A stretch of DNA of 64,000 nucleotides from Lytechinus pictus (lineage: Eukaryota): NCBI RefSeq assembly GCF_037042905.1, contig NC_087250.1, forward strand, positions 25,236,001-25,300,000, given 5' to 3'. A program made the position numbers and the translations under genes. Positions 24,784-38,386 of this stretch are shown here, one piece after another. The notes beneath the pieces were generated by a model. It was not told the origin of the DNA. It saw only the letters and a program-made list of their open reading frames with translations, and searched no databases. How positions within the stretch are numbered: the first letter of the stretch is position 1; each line of letters starts with the position of its first letter.

Positions 24784-25068
24784 CAGGGGCGGATCCAGGA
24801 TTTTCAAAAAAAGGGGGGGGAGCAAATTTTTCGGAGGAAAATTTTGACAAGACCAAACAAAGGTTTTCAACCACAAATTAAGGATATTTCGTACCAGAGA
24901 AAATTTGACAAGCACAAAAAAAAAAGGTCTTCAATTTCAAAAGAGGCGGCACACCTCGGTTTCAGTGGCATTTTTACATTACAAATTTTAATTTTTCTTC
25001 TCAAAGGGGGGGGGGGCGTGCCCCCCTCTGTGCCCCCTGTGCCCCCCCCCCCCCTGGATTCGCGCCTG
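24784..25068. mobile_element. hAT MITE with 8-bp TSD
   Basis: CAGGGGCGGATCCAGG...CCTGGATTCGCGCCTG flanked by TGTGATAT on both sides. Confidence 0.8.
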
Positions 25069-25338
25069 TGTGATATGAAAGTAGCAAAAGTAACAACAGT
25101 TATACCCGGTTTTTTTAAGATGATAAACGAGATATTTGCAACAATCCATGGGCTGAAATCCCAGGGGGACATCGATGCACCCCCCATCAAAAATAGTAGG
25201 GGGGCACAATATCAAAATGTCCCCCCTAACAATTTTTTATGGTGGAAAGAAATCTTTCAAAATGGAAATAAAACATTATTTTTGACGAAATGACCTTACT
25301 TTTTTTGTACTTTTTGCATGTGCAGTTGATTAGTCCTT

Positions 25339-25553
25339 ATACTGTTGGTATATTCCTGGACCTTTCCAAGCCTACGCCATGATATTTTGTCATACAAATT
25401 ATCTAATTATGGTATTCGTGGGAAGGCTTTTGATCTGCTGTTCGGGAGCTACCTCACGTTTCGTAAACAATTTGTTTCTTATGCAGGTAAAAAAAAATAG
25501 TTTCAAATCGATATCTTGCGGAGTACCCCTAGGATCACTCCTTGGCCCCTTCC
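25339..25553 (+). mobile_element. Decayed CR1/L2-type reverse transcriptase fragment
   Basis: Frameshifted translation TVGIFLDLSK...KLSNYGIRGKA...SYL..RKQFV...ISCGVP.GSLLGP. Confidence 0.75.
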
Positions 25554-26900
25554 AATAATTCCATTCTTCCAATATTTTGCCATTTATTCTGTTGCTGATG
25601 ATTCTATTTTATTGCTATCTGACCATGGCTCACGCATTCTACATTGTTGTATTCGAAGGACCCATGTTGAGGAATCATCTTCAAAACGAAATATACGTTG
25701 AAAATACGTTGAAATGTAAATTAAAATCTTTTCTTTTGTCCAGCTATATGGACTCAGTTAAGATTCACTGGCTGAACAAACATGTTATTTACTAGCCTAG
25801 TACCATTTTATAGGTATATACTGCGTTGGTTTTGATTTTGTTTTCTTTCTTCGCTCACCCCCCCCCCCTCTCCCTCTCTTTATCTGATCTCTCTCTCTCT
25901 CTTATCATCATTATTGTTTCATTTTCCATCTCATTCTTTATACCCCGCGATCTTAGTCTGTATTATGTGTTGAATCTCCTTGATTGCTAATTTCATAATC
26001 ATCTTATTCTTTATACCCCGCTATCTCAGTGTATTATGTGTTGAATCTCCTTGATTGCTAATTTCATAATCATTTTAAAGAAACCTGCAGACTATACAAT
26101 TAAGCTTAGCTTTTTATGCAGGTTCCTTCATATTTCATTTATATTTATTGCCATTGTCATAATCTGTCTGTATCCTGTGTTATCATGGTAACATGGTATC
26201 ATTTAATTATTTTTCTTGTATTTTGTTTATATTTTGTTATATCGCTGTTGGGCTGATAAAACCTAGCTCGTATATCTCAAAATTGAAATATTTTTATGAC
26301 AGCTTAGAATAAGCTAGATTTTGACATTATAACAGGGGCAACAACCTTCAAATTTACCTCGAAAGAGTTCTTCACATCTTAATATCAGGAGACTGTTTTA
26401 AGACAAAATGAGACTGCCACCATTACTAGAATTTTAAAATACAGCCTTTTCTATGAAGCTGACCTCAAAATTGTCAATTTTGAGATACGAGGTTTTACCA
26501 GACCGATATATTTTGTGAAGTATGAGAATAAATTCAAATCCATCAATCAAATCAATAATTTATTATATTCTTTTAAAGAAATTGTTTACCATATTTAACT
26601 CCTCGTTCATTTTATTGACGGTCAAGAATAGTGTGCACTTTCAGAAACCACTTGAGCATGAAAAGTATATGCGTTTGCTGGTCTCCTGCTTATATTCAAT
26701 ATCCTAACAAACTTCAGAAGTAGAACGATATATGGTTAAGTGCCAGTGAGTAGTTATAGTTTTTCTTTTGATTCTTTTTCAACTTTGTTCTCAAGTGTCT
26801 CCTAGGTCATTTATTCACTTATTCACTTATTCATACTAAGTATGATGATTGGCATATGACTGTATGGCTCACAGTGAAAGTCTACACAAATGTATATGCA

Positions 26901-27180
26901 CACTGTTAAAAAACGTGATTTTACAGAAAAAAAGAAGATTTTGCAGAAAGCAATAACAGAATCATTCTGTAAATTCATGAAACAGGATTTTTTTCTGCAA
27001 TTTAACAGAACAGGTCTGTTTAAAAAGGGGAAAAGGGTGTTTTATTTAAGGAAATTTGTAAGATTACATACACCAAATACCAAATTTCTGTAAGATTACG
27101 CAATCTGGTAAGATTACAGGCGTTCTCGAGACTCTGCTGCAGGAACTTCTTTTATTTTAAGGATACATTTTCTAACAGTG
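26901..27180. mobile_element. CACTG-ended EnSpm/CACTA-type MITE; truncated copy at ~28943-29025
   Basis: CACTGTTAAAAAA...TTTTCTAACAGTG termini; subterminal TTACAG/CTGTAA repeats. Confidence 0.65.
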
Positions 27181-29047
27181 TATATCTATGTATATATGTT
27201 TGTATGTATGTATGTATGTATGTATGTATGGGTGTATGTGTGTATGTATTATGTATGTATACATATACATATATATATATATATATGCGTTATATATATA
27301 TTATATGACCATGTAAGGACATTTTTATCCTCGGGAAATGGGTCAGGAGGCAAGAACCCCTGACCCCCCCCCCCCCCCTAGGTTCCGCCAACCCTGTCGC
27401 GTACAGTGTTCTTGCTCGGTCTTCGAGTTTTTGTTTGGCCGTTTCTATCTTAACAGGGTAGCCCTTTCAGTTATATAAACTGTCCGCCGCCCTGGGTCCC
27501 CGTTCCATAATTCCATTATCTTTGTCGATTAAATACCCTTATCGTCAAATGATGCCTTTTTTAATTTTCGTTTTGCGAACGTGGGGAGCTCTCTTTACCG
27601 ACAGTGGTCAGAATGTCCCGGTTTAAGGTCATACAATTATTAGGCCTATTATATCATAATGTTATACATAGCAAAACAATCAGTCATTTCATAATAGGAC
27701 TAATTATGAATCTGGTATTATGAAACTCTTTACCCATAATGTTCACAGACTTATAAATACCCCGGTCATCGGATTCAACCAGTCATTCCCATACACAATA
27801 TATACACCCCCTTCACTCCCTTCAGCCAGTCGCCAACGATACGCTGGAATTGCGGGAGAAACTACAATGAATATCACATCCTATCTGGTGGTTTTTTTTT
27901 ATAAGAAGCGACTTGAAGAACGACTGGTGAAACTTTCTTACATGCTAAATAATCACCAATGAACACTAATGGTAACGTCATAAACGAGCAGCTGCCCCAT
28001 ATGTAACGCTATATAAGATGCATAACATTTCTTTTTTTTTTTAATGGTTCGGGATCACCTATCTTTATTCATTTTAGGAGTGGTGGTGAAATAATTTGTG
28101 TTTTGATATACTGGAGGTACAATGAAAACCATTTTCAATTTTCTTAGAAAATTACATTTCATTGAATTTTTTACATACATGTACGACATGTCGGAAAGCT
28201 ACTTGCATTATATGACATCTCAAATCAAACCATATTCTAATAACTTTTGTTAATTTTTTAATGGATTCTCCTCAAACCTTCGCCAATAATTTTTTATTAT
28301 TTCTTTCTGCTATTTCAACAATAAACTTTCGGTTGCCATATCGAACTTCCAATTTAAACGAACAGCTTCATGACCGGGTTCATGACACGACCCCTGGGGA
28401 TCGATTTAGCACCTGGGTGATTGCAAAGCATAGATTGACGTCTTGTCAAACGACACGATAGATTATATTAAAAAAAAAACAGGCTTACATATCGAACCAG
28501 TCGACAATACCAGTAGAAAATTTTAGAGGTAAAACAACTCTTCACATGGCCGAGAGCGTCCAAGGCGCCATGATTGACGCCTTGTCAAACGACGCAATCA
28601 TGGAGCACGTAAATGAGATTGACGCATTGTCAAACGCTAAAAGACACGTGAAGAGTCGGTTTACCTCTGGAATTTTCTCCTGGTAGCCCTCGATTTGCAG
28701 GTGTATTTTTTATAAATACATACTCTGATATTCCATGAGTTCGGTACCACTCGTCGGTAAAGCAGAGAACACTGCGAACATCTGAGAGAAAATCGAACCC
28801 TAGCTAGCTGTCTCTTCCTGCAAGTTGCCAAACTGTTAGGTGAGTGTTGGTCTATCTTTTTAAATTTGTGCCAATGAAGTCCGGGAATAAAGTATCCCAA
28901 CGAAACTGATCAAAGTCGATCAAAGATTGCGGTTTGTCCTACACTATTAAAAAACCCTGATTTTAACTGAAAATAAAAGAAGATTTTGCAGAAAGCAATA
29001 ACAGAATCATTCTGTAAATTCATATATAACATATGCTCTCGGGCATA

Positions 29048-29122
29048 GGTGCCGCGGTCGGGGATCGAACCCCGGACTTTCTATGTAAAGCCTGGCGCCT
29101 TAAACCACTCGGCCACGGCACC
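29048..29122 (-). mobile_element. tRNA-derived SINE head (pseudo-tRNA)
   Basis: Terminal GGTGCCG/CGGCACC stem, A-box TGGCCGAGTGG, B-box GGTTCGATCCC; anticodon arm unpaired; continues into a SINE-like TATGCCCGAGAGCA. Confidence 0.7.
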
Positions 29123-31036
29123 TCCATAACCATGCAATGTATCGATAATGATTTTCAAAATGTCCTGTCATTTCATGGACGTTCATTTTTATAATTTGTT
29201 ATGTTGATTTGTTTTAAATAAAATCCTCTAATTGGAGACCAAAAAAAAATAAAATAAAAACTTGGCAGACATTTCATATTTGTGCTAGTTACTTCTCAAC
29301 ACAAACATTTCAGATTACACTTTTTGTTAAGTGAGGACATAGTATCATGATAGAAAATGTAATATAAATCATAATAATAATAGAAGAATAAGATAACAAA
29401 GGCACGAAAAATTCCAGTTGAAGTATACCTTACTCCCAACGGTATCCCAATCATGTGAAATAGCTTAACATGCTTAATACGCTCTTTCATTAGATACTGT
29501 CATGGTAGTATATATTTCTGAAGAAATAATAATATTACTATGTTTGGAAAGCGAACAAATTTCACTGAATTTCATGGATGGATGTAAACTTTTGATGGTG
29601 TGTGTATAAAAAACGAAACCGAGATTTAAAGATGATTTATCGTGCCTTAATCGCAAATACAATAGATGAATGACCTATCATTGTAAAGCTTAGGATCTCC
29701 TCTTTCAATTGAAATAACTTAGATTATTCTGCATTCATGCATGAGTGAGCAAAAACAATTTGAAGATAGGAAACCCAAAAGTCACTTGGTGGGCGGTATC
29801 TGAGTTTCAAAAGGAAAATCACAGTTTTAAAAAGTTCAATATCTGGTCTTTAATTTGATTCATCAATTACAGAAAACGGTCGATAAATAACAAAGGTCTG
29901 TTTATTTGAAATAAGGCTTGAATTCCAATAATTTCATAAAGTGAAGAGGTTTTACAGGATAGCTTTTAGACTTTCTGGACACTCCGTTTTGTTGACGATC
30001 AGCCATGCAGAAAGTCTTTTGTTAACTGTGCAATAGCTTCGGTGGGAAACCGGTGAAAACACGGATGAAAACACATTTTATTTCTTGACCATTTTCTGTG
30101 ATTTAGCTATCAAATTGAAGAGCAGATATTGAACTTCTTAGGCATGTGATTTTCTTTTTGAAATTTTGATACCCCCCGCCAAATGCCTTTTTACTATCCT
30201 TTCTTCAAGCTGTTTTAATCAATCATGCGTGGATGAAAAATCTTGTATCAGCTGAAAGAAGACGTTCTAAGCCAGCCATTCTCAATTACTTTTGTGAAAG
30301 TTCCATATTTCTCGTTGGGAATCTGTAGGGGGAGGCGGGGTAAGTTGAGCATAGGGCAAGTTGAGCCACCGCCCCCAGGCCAATAATGAATGAGTCAGAC
30401 ATTGTGGTGGTGACATGTATTGATGACCCATTACATAACCCTTTACCCCACCACATTGTTTTCAACTTTGAAACAAAAAGTACTTTTTTAGAGGGAAAAA
30501 TACAAATTTCAGCCAAAAAAGTAAAAAAGGGTGTGAAATAGATAAGTGTTTTTTACACACACACTTCTTTACATGCAAAAAGTGTCACAACTTACCCCGC
30601 CTTCCCCTACTGCTCCACTGGCGCGAACGAGCGAAATATTGCTAAGGAGGCCCCTGGCTAGCGCGAGGGGTCTGAGCCCCTTGAAGTTTTGTATTATGAG
30701 GCCTTTTAAATGGCCAGGAGGGGCTCTAATAAATATCAACAGATGCAAACAAACTACACAATTTATTTTATTAATAAGTGACGTTTCACAACATATACCG
30801 GTGATACCACTTGTTGAGATATAGTGATTGAAGTGACATGTCATTCATTTTGCTGCTAGGCCTGAGAAATATCTCACTTATCTCATGTATCATTCATTCA
30901 TTTCACGTGACCACACGAGGGCATCCAGCAGACAATATACATCGCAGTATTTCACTTTTACAACCTTTCATTATAAATAATCGGCTTCAAAAACAACAAA
31001 TATGTCTACAATTCCGTAATTCCATGAAAATTATTT

Positions 31037-31880
31037 TATGGTAAAAACTTACCAACTTACTTATCGTGATGCTACAATGATATGCAAATTAAAAACTTGT
31101 TTTTATATTGTATGCCACATTTTCCGATAAGATGTCTGCTCTTTGCCCGGAGTCCAAGTTATTGATTAAAACCATGGCTTGCCATGTATAAGACTTTTGT
31201 TAAATCATGGATTTATTTTCATCATTTCAAGTGCTGCATCTAAGCTATTCCACCAAATTTTAATGTATAATCTGGAAATGCGAAATTACTAGACGTAAAA
31301 ATAGTTGAAAACATGATTGATATCCAACGAATGGGGCTTTCAGCTCACTTGTGATCATAATTTATATAGATAAATTGTGTATCTCTATATCCTTTGTGAT
31401 GGCATGCACATGTATGATATTCTTTGTAACAGTCATACGCGCATACACCAAGCATACATATGGTAAAAACTTACCAACTTACTTATCGTGATGCTACAAT
31501 GATATGCAAATTAAAAACTTGTTTTTATATTGTATGCCACATTTTCCGATAAGATGTCTGCTCTTTGCCCGGAGTCCAAGTTATTGATTAAAACCATGGC
31601 TTGCCATGTATAAGACTTTTGTTAAATCATGGATTTATTTTCATCATTTCAAGTGCTGCATCTAAGCTATTCCACCAAATTTTAATGTATAATCTGGAAA
31701 TGCGAAATTACTAGACGTAAAAATAGTTGAAAACATGATTGATATCCAACGAATGGGGCTTTCAGCTCACTTGTGATCATAATTTATATAGATAAATTGT
31801 GTATCTCTATATCCTTTGTGATGGCATGCACATGTATGATATTCTTTGTAACAGTCATACGCGCATACACCAAGCATACA
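31037..31880. repeat. Tandem duplication of a 422-bp unit (31037-31458 / 31459-31880)
   Basis: Two head-to-tail copies starting TATGGTAAAAACTTACC and ending CAAGCATACA; no differences seen by eye. Confidence 0.92.
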
Positions 31881-32099
31881 ACAAATAAAGTCAATAAGGA
31901 CTTAAGTTTCAAATATAATTGAGTTTTTTGTTTTCCCTTTGTAATAAAATTGTCATCGAACAATTCTAGGTTACTAGTAGATCAGACATTCCCGCCATAT
32001 ATTTTGCTTTTTCCCCTACCGGCTCCCACGCGCCACTCCGCAAGGTGCGCCACAAGTGGCGCACACGCCATCATTATATAAAATGAAAGGTTTATTTTA

Positions 32100-32553
32100 C
32101 CGTGTTTACACTTAATCGGCATTTGGTTCAGAACCAAAAGCCGATGCAGAATCGGCATTTGGTTTGCGTTTACACGTTGTTACATGTATACAGCTCGCGA
32201 TTCAGAACCGCGAGCCGATGCAAAAACCTGAAATGATACGCACACCAACAAATACGTCATAATAAAGACAACGCTGGATCAGTGCGCTTACAATTACGTC
32301 ACAATGGTAAAGTAAATGAAATGCGCACAAATTACCCGTGCAGAATCGGCTTTCTGTTTACACGTAGTAAAAAAGCCGATTCTGCATCGGCTCGCGGTTC
32401 AGAACCTACTACTTTGGTGGTGCACATTGTCGGTTCTGAACCGCGAGCCGATTCAAGTTGCTCGCGTTTACACGCTATGAAAAAGCCGATGCTGAATCGG
32501 CTCGCGGTTCAGAACCGCGAGCCGATTCAAATGCCGATTAAGTGTAAACACGG
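32100..32553. mobile_element. Palindromic MITE (Harbinger-like GTTTACAC ends)
   Basis: CCGTGTTTACACTTAATCGGCATTTG ... CAAATGCCGATTAAGTGTAAACACGG; internal GGCTCGCGGTTCAGAACC repeats. Confidence 0.8.
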
Positions 32554-33067
32554 TATCAAGTTATCAAGTTATCAACATTGTTTCAGAACAAAGAGCGAAT
32601 TCGTATTCGTAACGTTTCCTGTAATTCGTAACGTATTCTGTAAATACGTTATGCATTTTGTAAATATGTTTATTGTTATTCAGGGTCCAATGGAAGACCA
32701 CTACTTATTGGTGAATGGGCTACCCTGTCAAAATATCAGAAATAAATAAATAAGTAAATAAATAGTTTTAAGATACAAATCTAACATAATTAAACAGTTG
32801 TAAACATCGTTATTTCCCAGCAAGAGGGCTTAATTACATTTTAAAGAAAATCCCTACATAATCGATTACAAACGATTACTGAATTTCGATATACAATGAT
32901 ATACATGGATGAAAAAAAAATTTCTTCGCTCTTCACCGTTCTGAAACAATGCTGATAACTAATTAAACCTTTCATTTATACACACCCTCACACACACACA
33001 CACACACAAACAGTGTTTACAAGATCTATGTGTACATACAGCAATGCAAAATCATCTTCTATTCAGA

Positions 33068-33305
33068 ATGAAGTTTCTCATCGTTGTGGCGCTGATCGCC
33101 TTAGCCATCTCTTCGGTCCAGTCGCGTAGCTGTCCGGATGGCTGGTCTAAGTACGTTACACGTTGCTATCGGTATTTCTGCACACAAAAGACTTGGCAAC
33201 AAGCGCATAATGCATGTCGAGCCCACGGAGGAAACCTCGTCTTGATCCATGATACATTTGAGAACTACTTCGCCTATATCCTTTTTCTCCAATCAAATTG
33301 TGACG
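33068..33305 (+). CDS. Secreted C-type lectin: signal peptide + N-terminal half of the CTLD; downstream exon(s) not found
   Basis: MKFLIVVALIALAISSVQS-RSCPDGW...RCYRYF...KTWQQAHNAC..HGGNLVLIH...EN; candidate donor GAC|GTTAGT at 33306, otherwise stop at 33316. Confidence 0.8.
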
Positions 33306-33496
33306 TTAGTATATAGCTGCAGCACGCCAATCATGGATGCGGCCCTGCTTTATATACATACATACATACATACATATATACATACATACATGCACCCGTA
33401 CATACACACACACACACACCTACATACATATATACATACACAATGGAGCATGACTATATTTTGTGAAGAATGAAAATAAATTCAATTCAATTCAGT

Positions 33497-35975
33497 TATG
33501 ACTGGCGACCCTCTTACCCTTTTATGAATAGTGAACCTCGTCTACTACTATGACTAGCGAACCTCTTCTACCATTATGACTAGCGAACCTCTTCTACTAC
33601 TATGACTAGCGAACCTCTTCTACTACTATGACTAGCGAACCTCGTCTACTACTATGACTAGCGAACCTCGTCTACTACTATGACTAGCGAACCTCTTCTC
33701 CCATTATGACTAGCGAACCTCTTCTACTACTATGACTAGCGAACCTCTTCTACTACTATGACTAGCGAACCTCTTCTACTACTATGACTAGCGAACCTCT
33801 TCTACTATTATGACTAGCGAACCTCTTCTACCATTATGACTAGCGAACCTCTTCTACTACTATGACTAGCGAACCTCTTCTACTACTATGACTAGCGAAC
33901 CTCTTCTACTACTATGACTAGCGAACCTCTTCTACTATTATGACTAGCGAACCTCTTCTACTACTATGACTAGCGAACCTCTTCTACTACTATGACTAGC
34001 GAACCTCTTCTACTATTATGACTAGCGAACCTCTTCTACCATTATGACTAGCGAACCTCTTCTACTACTATGACTAGCGAACCTCTTCTACTATTATGAC
34101 TAGCGAACCTCTTCTACTATTATGACTAGCGAACCTCTTCTACTACTATGACTAGCGAACCTCTTCTACTATTATGACTAGCGAACCTCTTCTACTACTA
34201 TGACTAGCGAACCTCTTCTACTACTATGACTAGCGAACCTCTTCTACTACTATGACTAGCGAACCTCTTCTACTACTATGACTAGCGAACCTCTTCTACC
34301 ATTATGACTAGCGAACCTCTTCTACTACTATGACTAGCGAACCTCTTCTACTACTATGACTAGCGAACCTCTTCTACTACTATGACTGGCGAACCTCTTC
34401 TACTACTATGACTAGCGAACCTCTTCTACTACTATGACTAGCGAACCTCTTCTACTACTATGACTAGCGAACCTCTTCTACTACTATGACTAGCGAACCT
34501 CTTCTACCATTATGACTAGCGAACCTCTTCTACTACTATGACTAGCGAACCTCTTCTACTACTATGACTAGCGAACCTCTTCTACTACTATGACTAGCGA
34601 ACCTCTTCTACTATTATGACTAGCGAACCTCTTCTACTACTATGACTAGCGAACCTCTTCTACTATTATGACTAGCGAACCTCTTCTACTACTATGACTA
34701 GCGAACCTCTTCTACTACTATGACTAGCGAACCTCTTCTACTACTATGACTAGCGAACCTCTTCTACTACTATGACTAGCGAACCTCTTCTACTACTATG
34801 ACTAGCGAACCTCTTCTACTATTATGACTAGCGAATCTCTTCTACTACTATGACTAGCGAACCTCTTCTACTAATATGACTAGCGAACCTCTTCTACTAC
34901 TATGACTAGCGAACCTCTTCTACTACTATGACTAGCGAACCTCTTCTACTACTATGACTAGCGAACCTCTTCTACTATTATGACTAGCGAACCTCTTCTA
35001 CTACTATGACTAGCGAACCTCTTCTACTACTATGACTAGCGAACCTCTTCTACTACTATGACTAGCGAACCTCTTCTACTACTATGACTAGCGAACCTCT
35101 TCTACTACTATGACTAGCGAACCTCTTCTACTACTATGACTAGTGAACCTCTTCTACTACTATGACTAGCGAACCTCTTCTACTACTATGACTAGCGAAC
35201 CTCTTCTACTATTATGACTAGCGAATCTCTTCTACTACTATGACTAGCGAACCTCTTCTACCATTATGACTAGCGAACCTCTTCTACTACTATGACTAGC
35301 GAACCTCTTCTACTATTATGACTAGCGAACCTCTTCTACTACTATGACTAGCGAATCTCTTCTACTACTATGACTAGCGAACCTCTTCTACCATTATGAC
35401 TAGCGAACCTCTTCTACTATTATGACTAGCGAACCTCTTCTACCATTATGACTAGCGAACCTCTTCTACTATTATGACTAGCGAACCTCTTCTACTACTA
35501 TGACTAGCGAACCTCTTCTACTACTATGACTAGCGAACCTCTTCTACTATTATGACTAGCGAACCTCTTCTACTACTATGACTAGCGAACCTCTTCTACT
35601 ACTATGACTAGCGAACCTCTTCTACTACTATGACTAACGAACCTCTTCTACTACTATGACTAGCGAACCTCTTCTACTATTATGACTAGCGAACCTCTTC
35701 TACTACTATGTCTAGCGAACCTCTTCTACTACTATGACTAGCGAACCTCTTCTACTACTATGACTAGCGAACCTCTTCTACTCATGACTAGCGAACCTCT
35801 TCTACTACTATGACTAGCGAACCTCTTCTACTATTATAACAAGCGACCCCCTCCTTATAGCAACTCGATCTCATCACATTGTTGCTTGTGACTTGCGACC
35901 TCTATGAACATAGACCCTTATGAATAGCGACCCTTATGACTATTATGACTAGCGTTCCTCATATGACTAGCGAGT
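33497..35975. repeat. 26-bp minisatellite array (TATGACTAGCGAACCTCTTCTACTAC)n, about 90 units with degenerate flanks
   Basis: Near-identical tandem units from ~33550 to ~35835; variants TACCAT/TACTAT; no spacers. Confidence 0.97.
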
Positions 35976-37279
35976 GGACCTCCAAATAAGTTGAAGCGAT
36001 GAATATCCAATGCACTAAATCAGTTGTTAATCCCACTTTTTTATTTCTTGGGAGAAAATATTTCTAATAAAATACAAAAGCACAAATGGGGATATGATTT
36101 CATGGTTTTGCTCCACTAGTTCACTGCAACCATCCTGCCTGTGGGGAATCTACAGGAAGGACTATGGTATACTAATGCTGTACAGAGCACACACTTTAAA
36201 CAATCATTAAAATATCACTTTTGTGACCAAAATTACTAATTTCCATACAATTGCAATTTATTTTTCAGTAGTAACTTGGGAATAATTTTTGTATTCATCA
36301 AAGCGCTCAAAAACTTGAATTTTGGGCATATTTTTGTGTACGCCCTCTATTGGTGGAAAGTAATATGGCAAGAAAATTTTAATATTTCAATCTCTGTTTT
36401 TAAATAAGAAAAAATGATTTAAAGAATCAAATTTACTTAAGAGCCAAGTTGTATAATGCATAGGTGTAATGGAAACTGTCAGTGTAAAAAAATCAAGCAT
36501 TTGTCCCAAAGAAAAAGAGAAAATAAGTCAAACATTGCCACCCTTATTTTGCCACACATGGAGATATAACAGAGAACAAGGTTATATCATAACCTTGTTC
36601 ATTGAATGAGTGGTTTTGCTCATTGAATATTCACGAAGACATGTACAGAACTGTTACACCGAAATAATGCAAATCTTTAAATCTCATCAAATTTTCCGTG
36701 TGTTTTTTTTTTGTCTAATATTTCTTTATCTATTCAAACCATATCATTGTCAGCCGGGAGCACCCCTTTAAACCCGAGATTAAAAGTCAAGTCTACCACA
36801 GAAAAATGTTGATTTGAATAAACAAAAAAAAAATCAAATTAGCATAACGCTGCAAATTTCATCGAAGTCGGATGTAAAATAAGAAAGTTATGACATTTTA
36901 AAGTTTTGCTTATTTTTCACAAAACGGCGATATGCACAACCCAGTGGCATGAAAATGAGATAGTCGATGATGTCCCTCACTTGCTAATTCTTATCTTTTG
37001 GTTTTGTTTGAATTATACAATATTTCGTTTTCTACAGATTTGACAATAAGGACCAACTTGACTAAATCATATAGTATTAAACAATGCCTATTCAACATGA
37101 TCAGGGAGGAATTAATCGTTGTTTCACTTGTTAATGAGGAGAAAATTTCATAAAAGAAATAGTGAGTGGATGATGTCATCAGTTTCCTCATTTGCATACC
37201 GAACAGGATGAGCATTTAACTGTTAAGTGAAATTAAGTGAAACTAACCTTCTTATTTTACATCCGACTTTGATGAAATG

Positions 37280-38386
37280 TTCAGATTCTAGGTCTAAACA
37301 TGCTAAATATGAAACGCGCGCGCATGTTTATATATAAATCATTATCCAGTTTCAGATCACAATATCAACAATTTTCTGCTCGCGCTTTGTTCTCGCATTA
37401 TTAATGTAGGAAGACCCCCTGTTACTCATCCTTTTCATGATTTACAAAACATGAACAGAGTGGCCCATTTTAGGTCTAAATCTCGATTTTTTTTCTCGCG
37501 CTTCGCGCTCGCATCAATTGTTAGATTATATAGCTATCTTGTTCACGACTACAAAAATTGATTAAAATTTTCCATTCTTTCTTTAGAAATTTCAAAAATT
37601 TTCAGCTCGCGCTCCGCGCTCGCATTTTTTGATTGTTGAAATATGTAACGCCTTCATGGCTAAGTGCAAGCTGTCCTTAACAGGTACCTTTTCAACAGGT
37701 ACCAGTTCAAAACGTATATAAAAATTTTGCGCTCGCATTATTAATACTAATCCTTTTCATGATTTACAAAACATGAATAGAGTATCTCATTCAGTAAATA
37801 TTATAGGACTAAATCTCGAAATTTTCCGCTCGCGCTTTGCGCTCGCATCAATTGTCTACTTATATACCTATTCTGCTTGAGTTACAAACAGTGCTTAGAA
37901 TTTCCATTCTTTAGGTGATGTGTCAAAAAAATGTCAGGTCGCGCTTCGCGCTCGCATTATTAGATTGTTAAATGCTAAATGCAAGCAGTCTTTAACAGGT
38001 ATCTTTTCCATCAGTTCATTTCTGCTCGCGCTTTGCGTTCGTAGTAATTATTTAGTTGCATACACATCTTTTTCAGGATAACAAACATTGCCCAGAATAT
38101 TAAAATTTTAGGAAAAAATACATAAGATTTCCACAAAAAAATTAGCTCGCGCTTCGCGCTCGCATCATATAAATAAGGATTGTGATATTATATATTAATT
38201 TATAAGAATAAAGCTAAGAAGTCACTAGTGAGGACTACCCCTTCAAAGAAACAAACAAAAATCATCTTCGAGCTGCCGATCGGGGAAAATATGGCTGAAA
38301 CAACTTTCCGCCCCCTCCCCCCTATTGGCGAAGGCTGGATCCACAACTGCGTCCCCCCTACCTTTTGGGAGAGATTTCCGCCCCTG
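37280..38386. mobile_element. Non-autonomous element with periodic GCTCGCGCTTCGCGCTCGCAT motifs and a hAT-like CGCCCCTG end; relatives at ~49980-50230 and ~63350-63720
   Basis: Motif recurs about every 110-120 bp; same motif occurs elsewhere in the window. Confidence 0.55.

Noticed and set aside
29048..29122. Functional tRNA gene
   Set aside because: The anticodon arm does not pair, there are extra bases before the 3' stem, and SINE-like sequence follows.
32282..32749. 155-aa ORF
   Set aside because: Mostly overlaps a palindromic MITE; no recognisable domain.
33497..35975. CRISPR array
   Set aside because: Units abut with no unique spacers, there are no cas genes, and the context is eukaryotic; it is a minisatellite.
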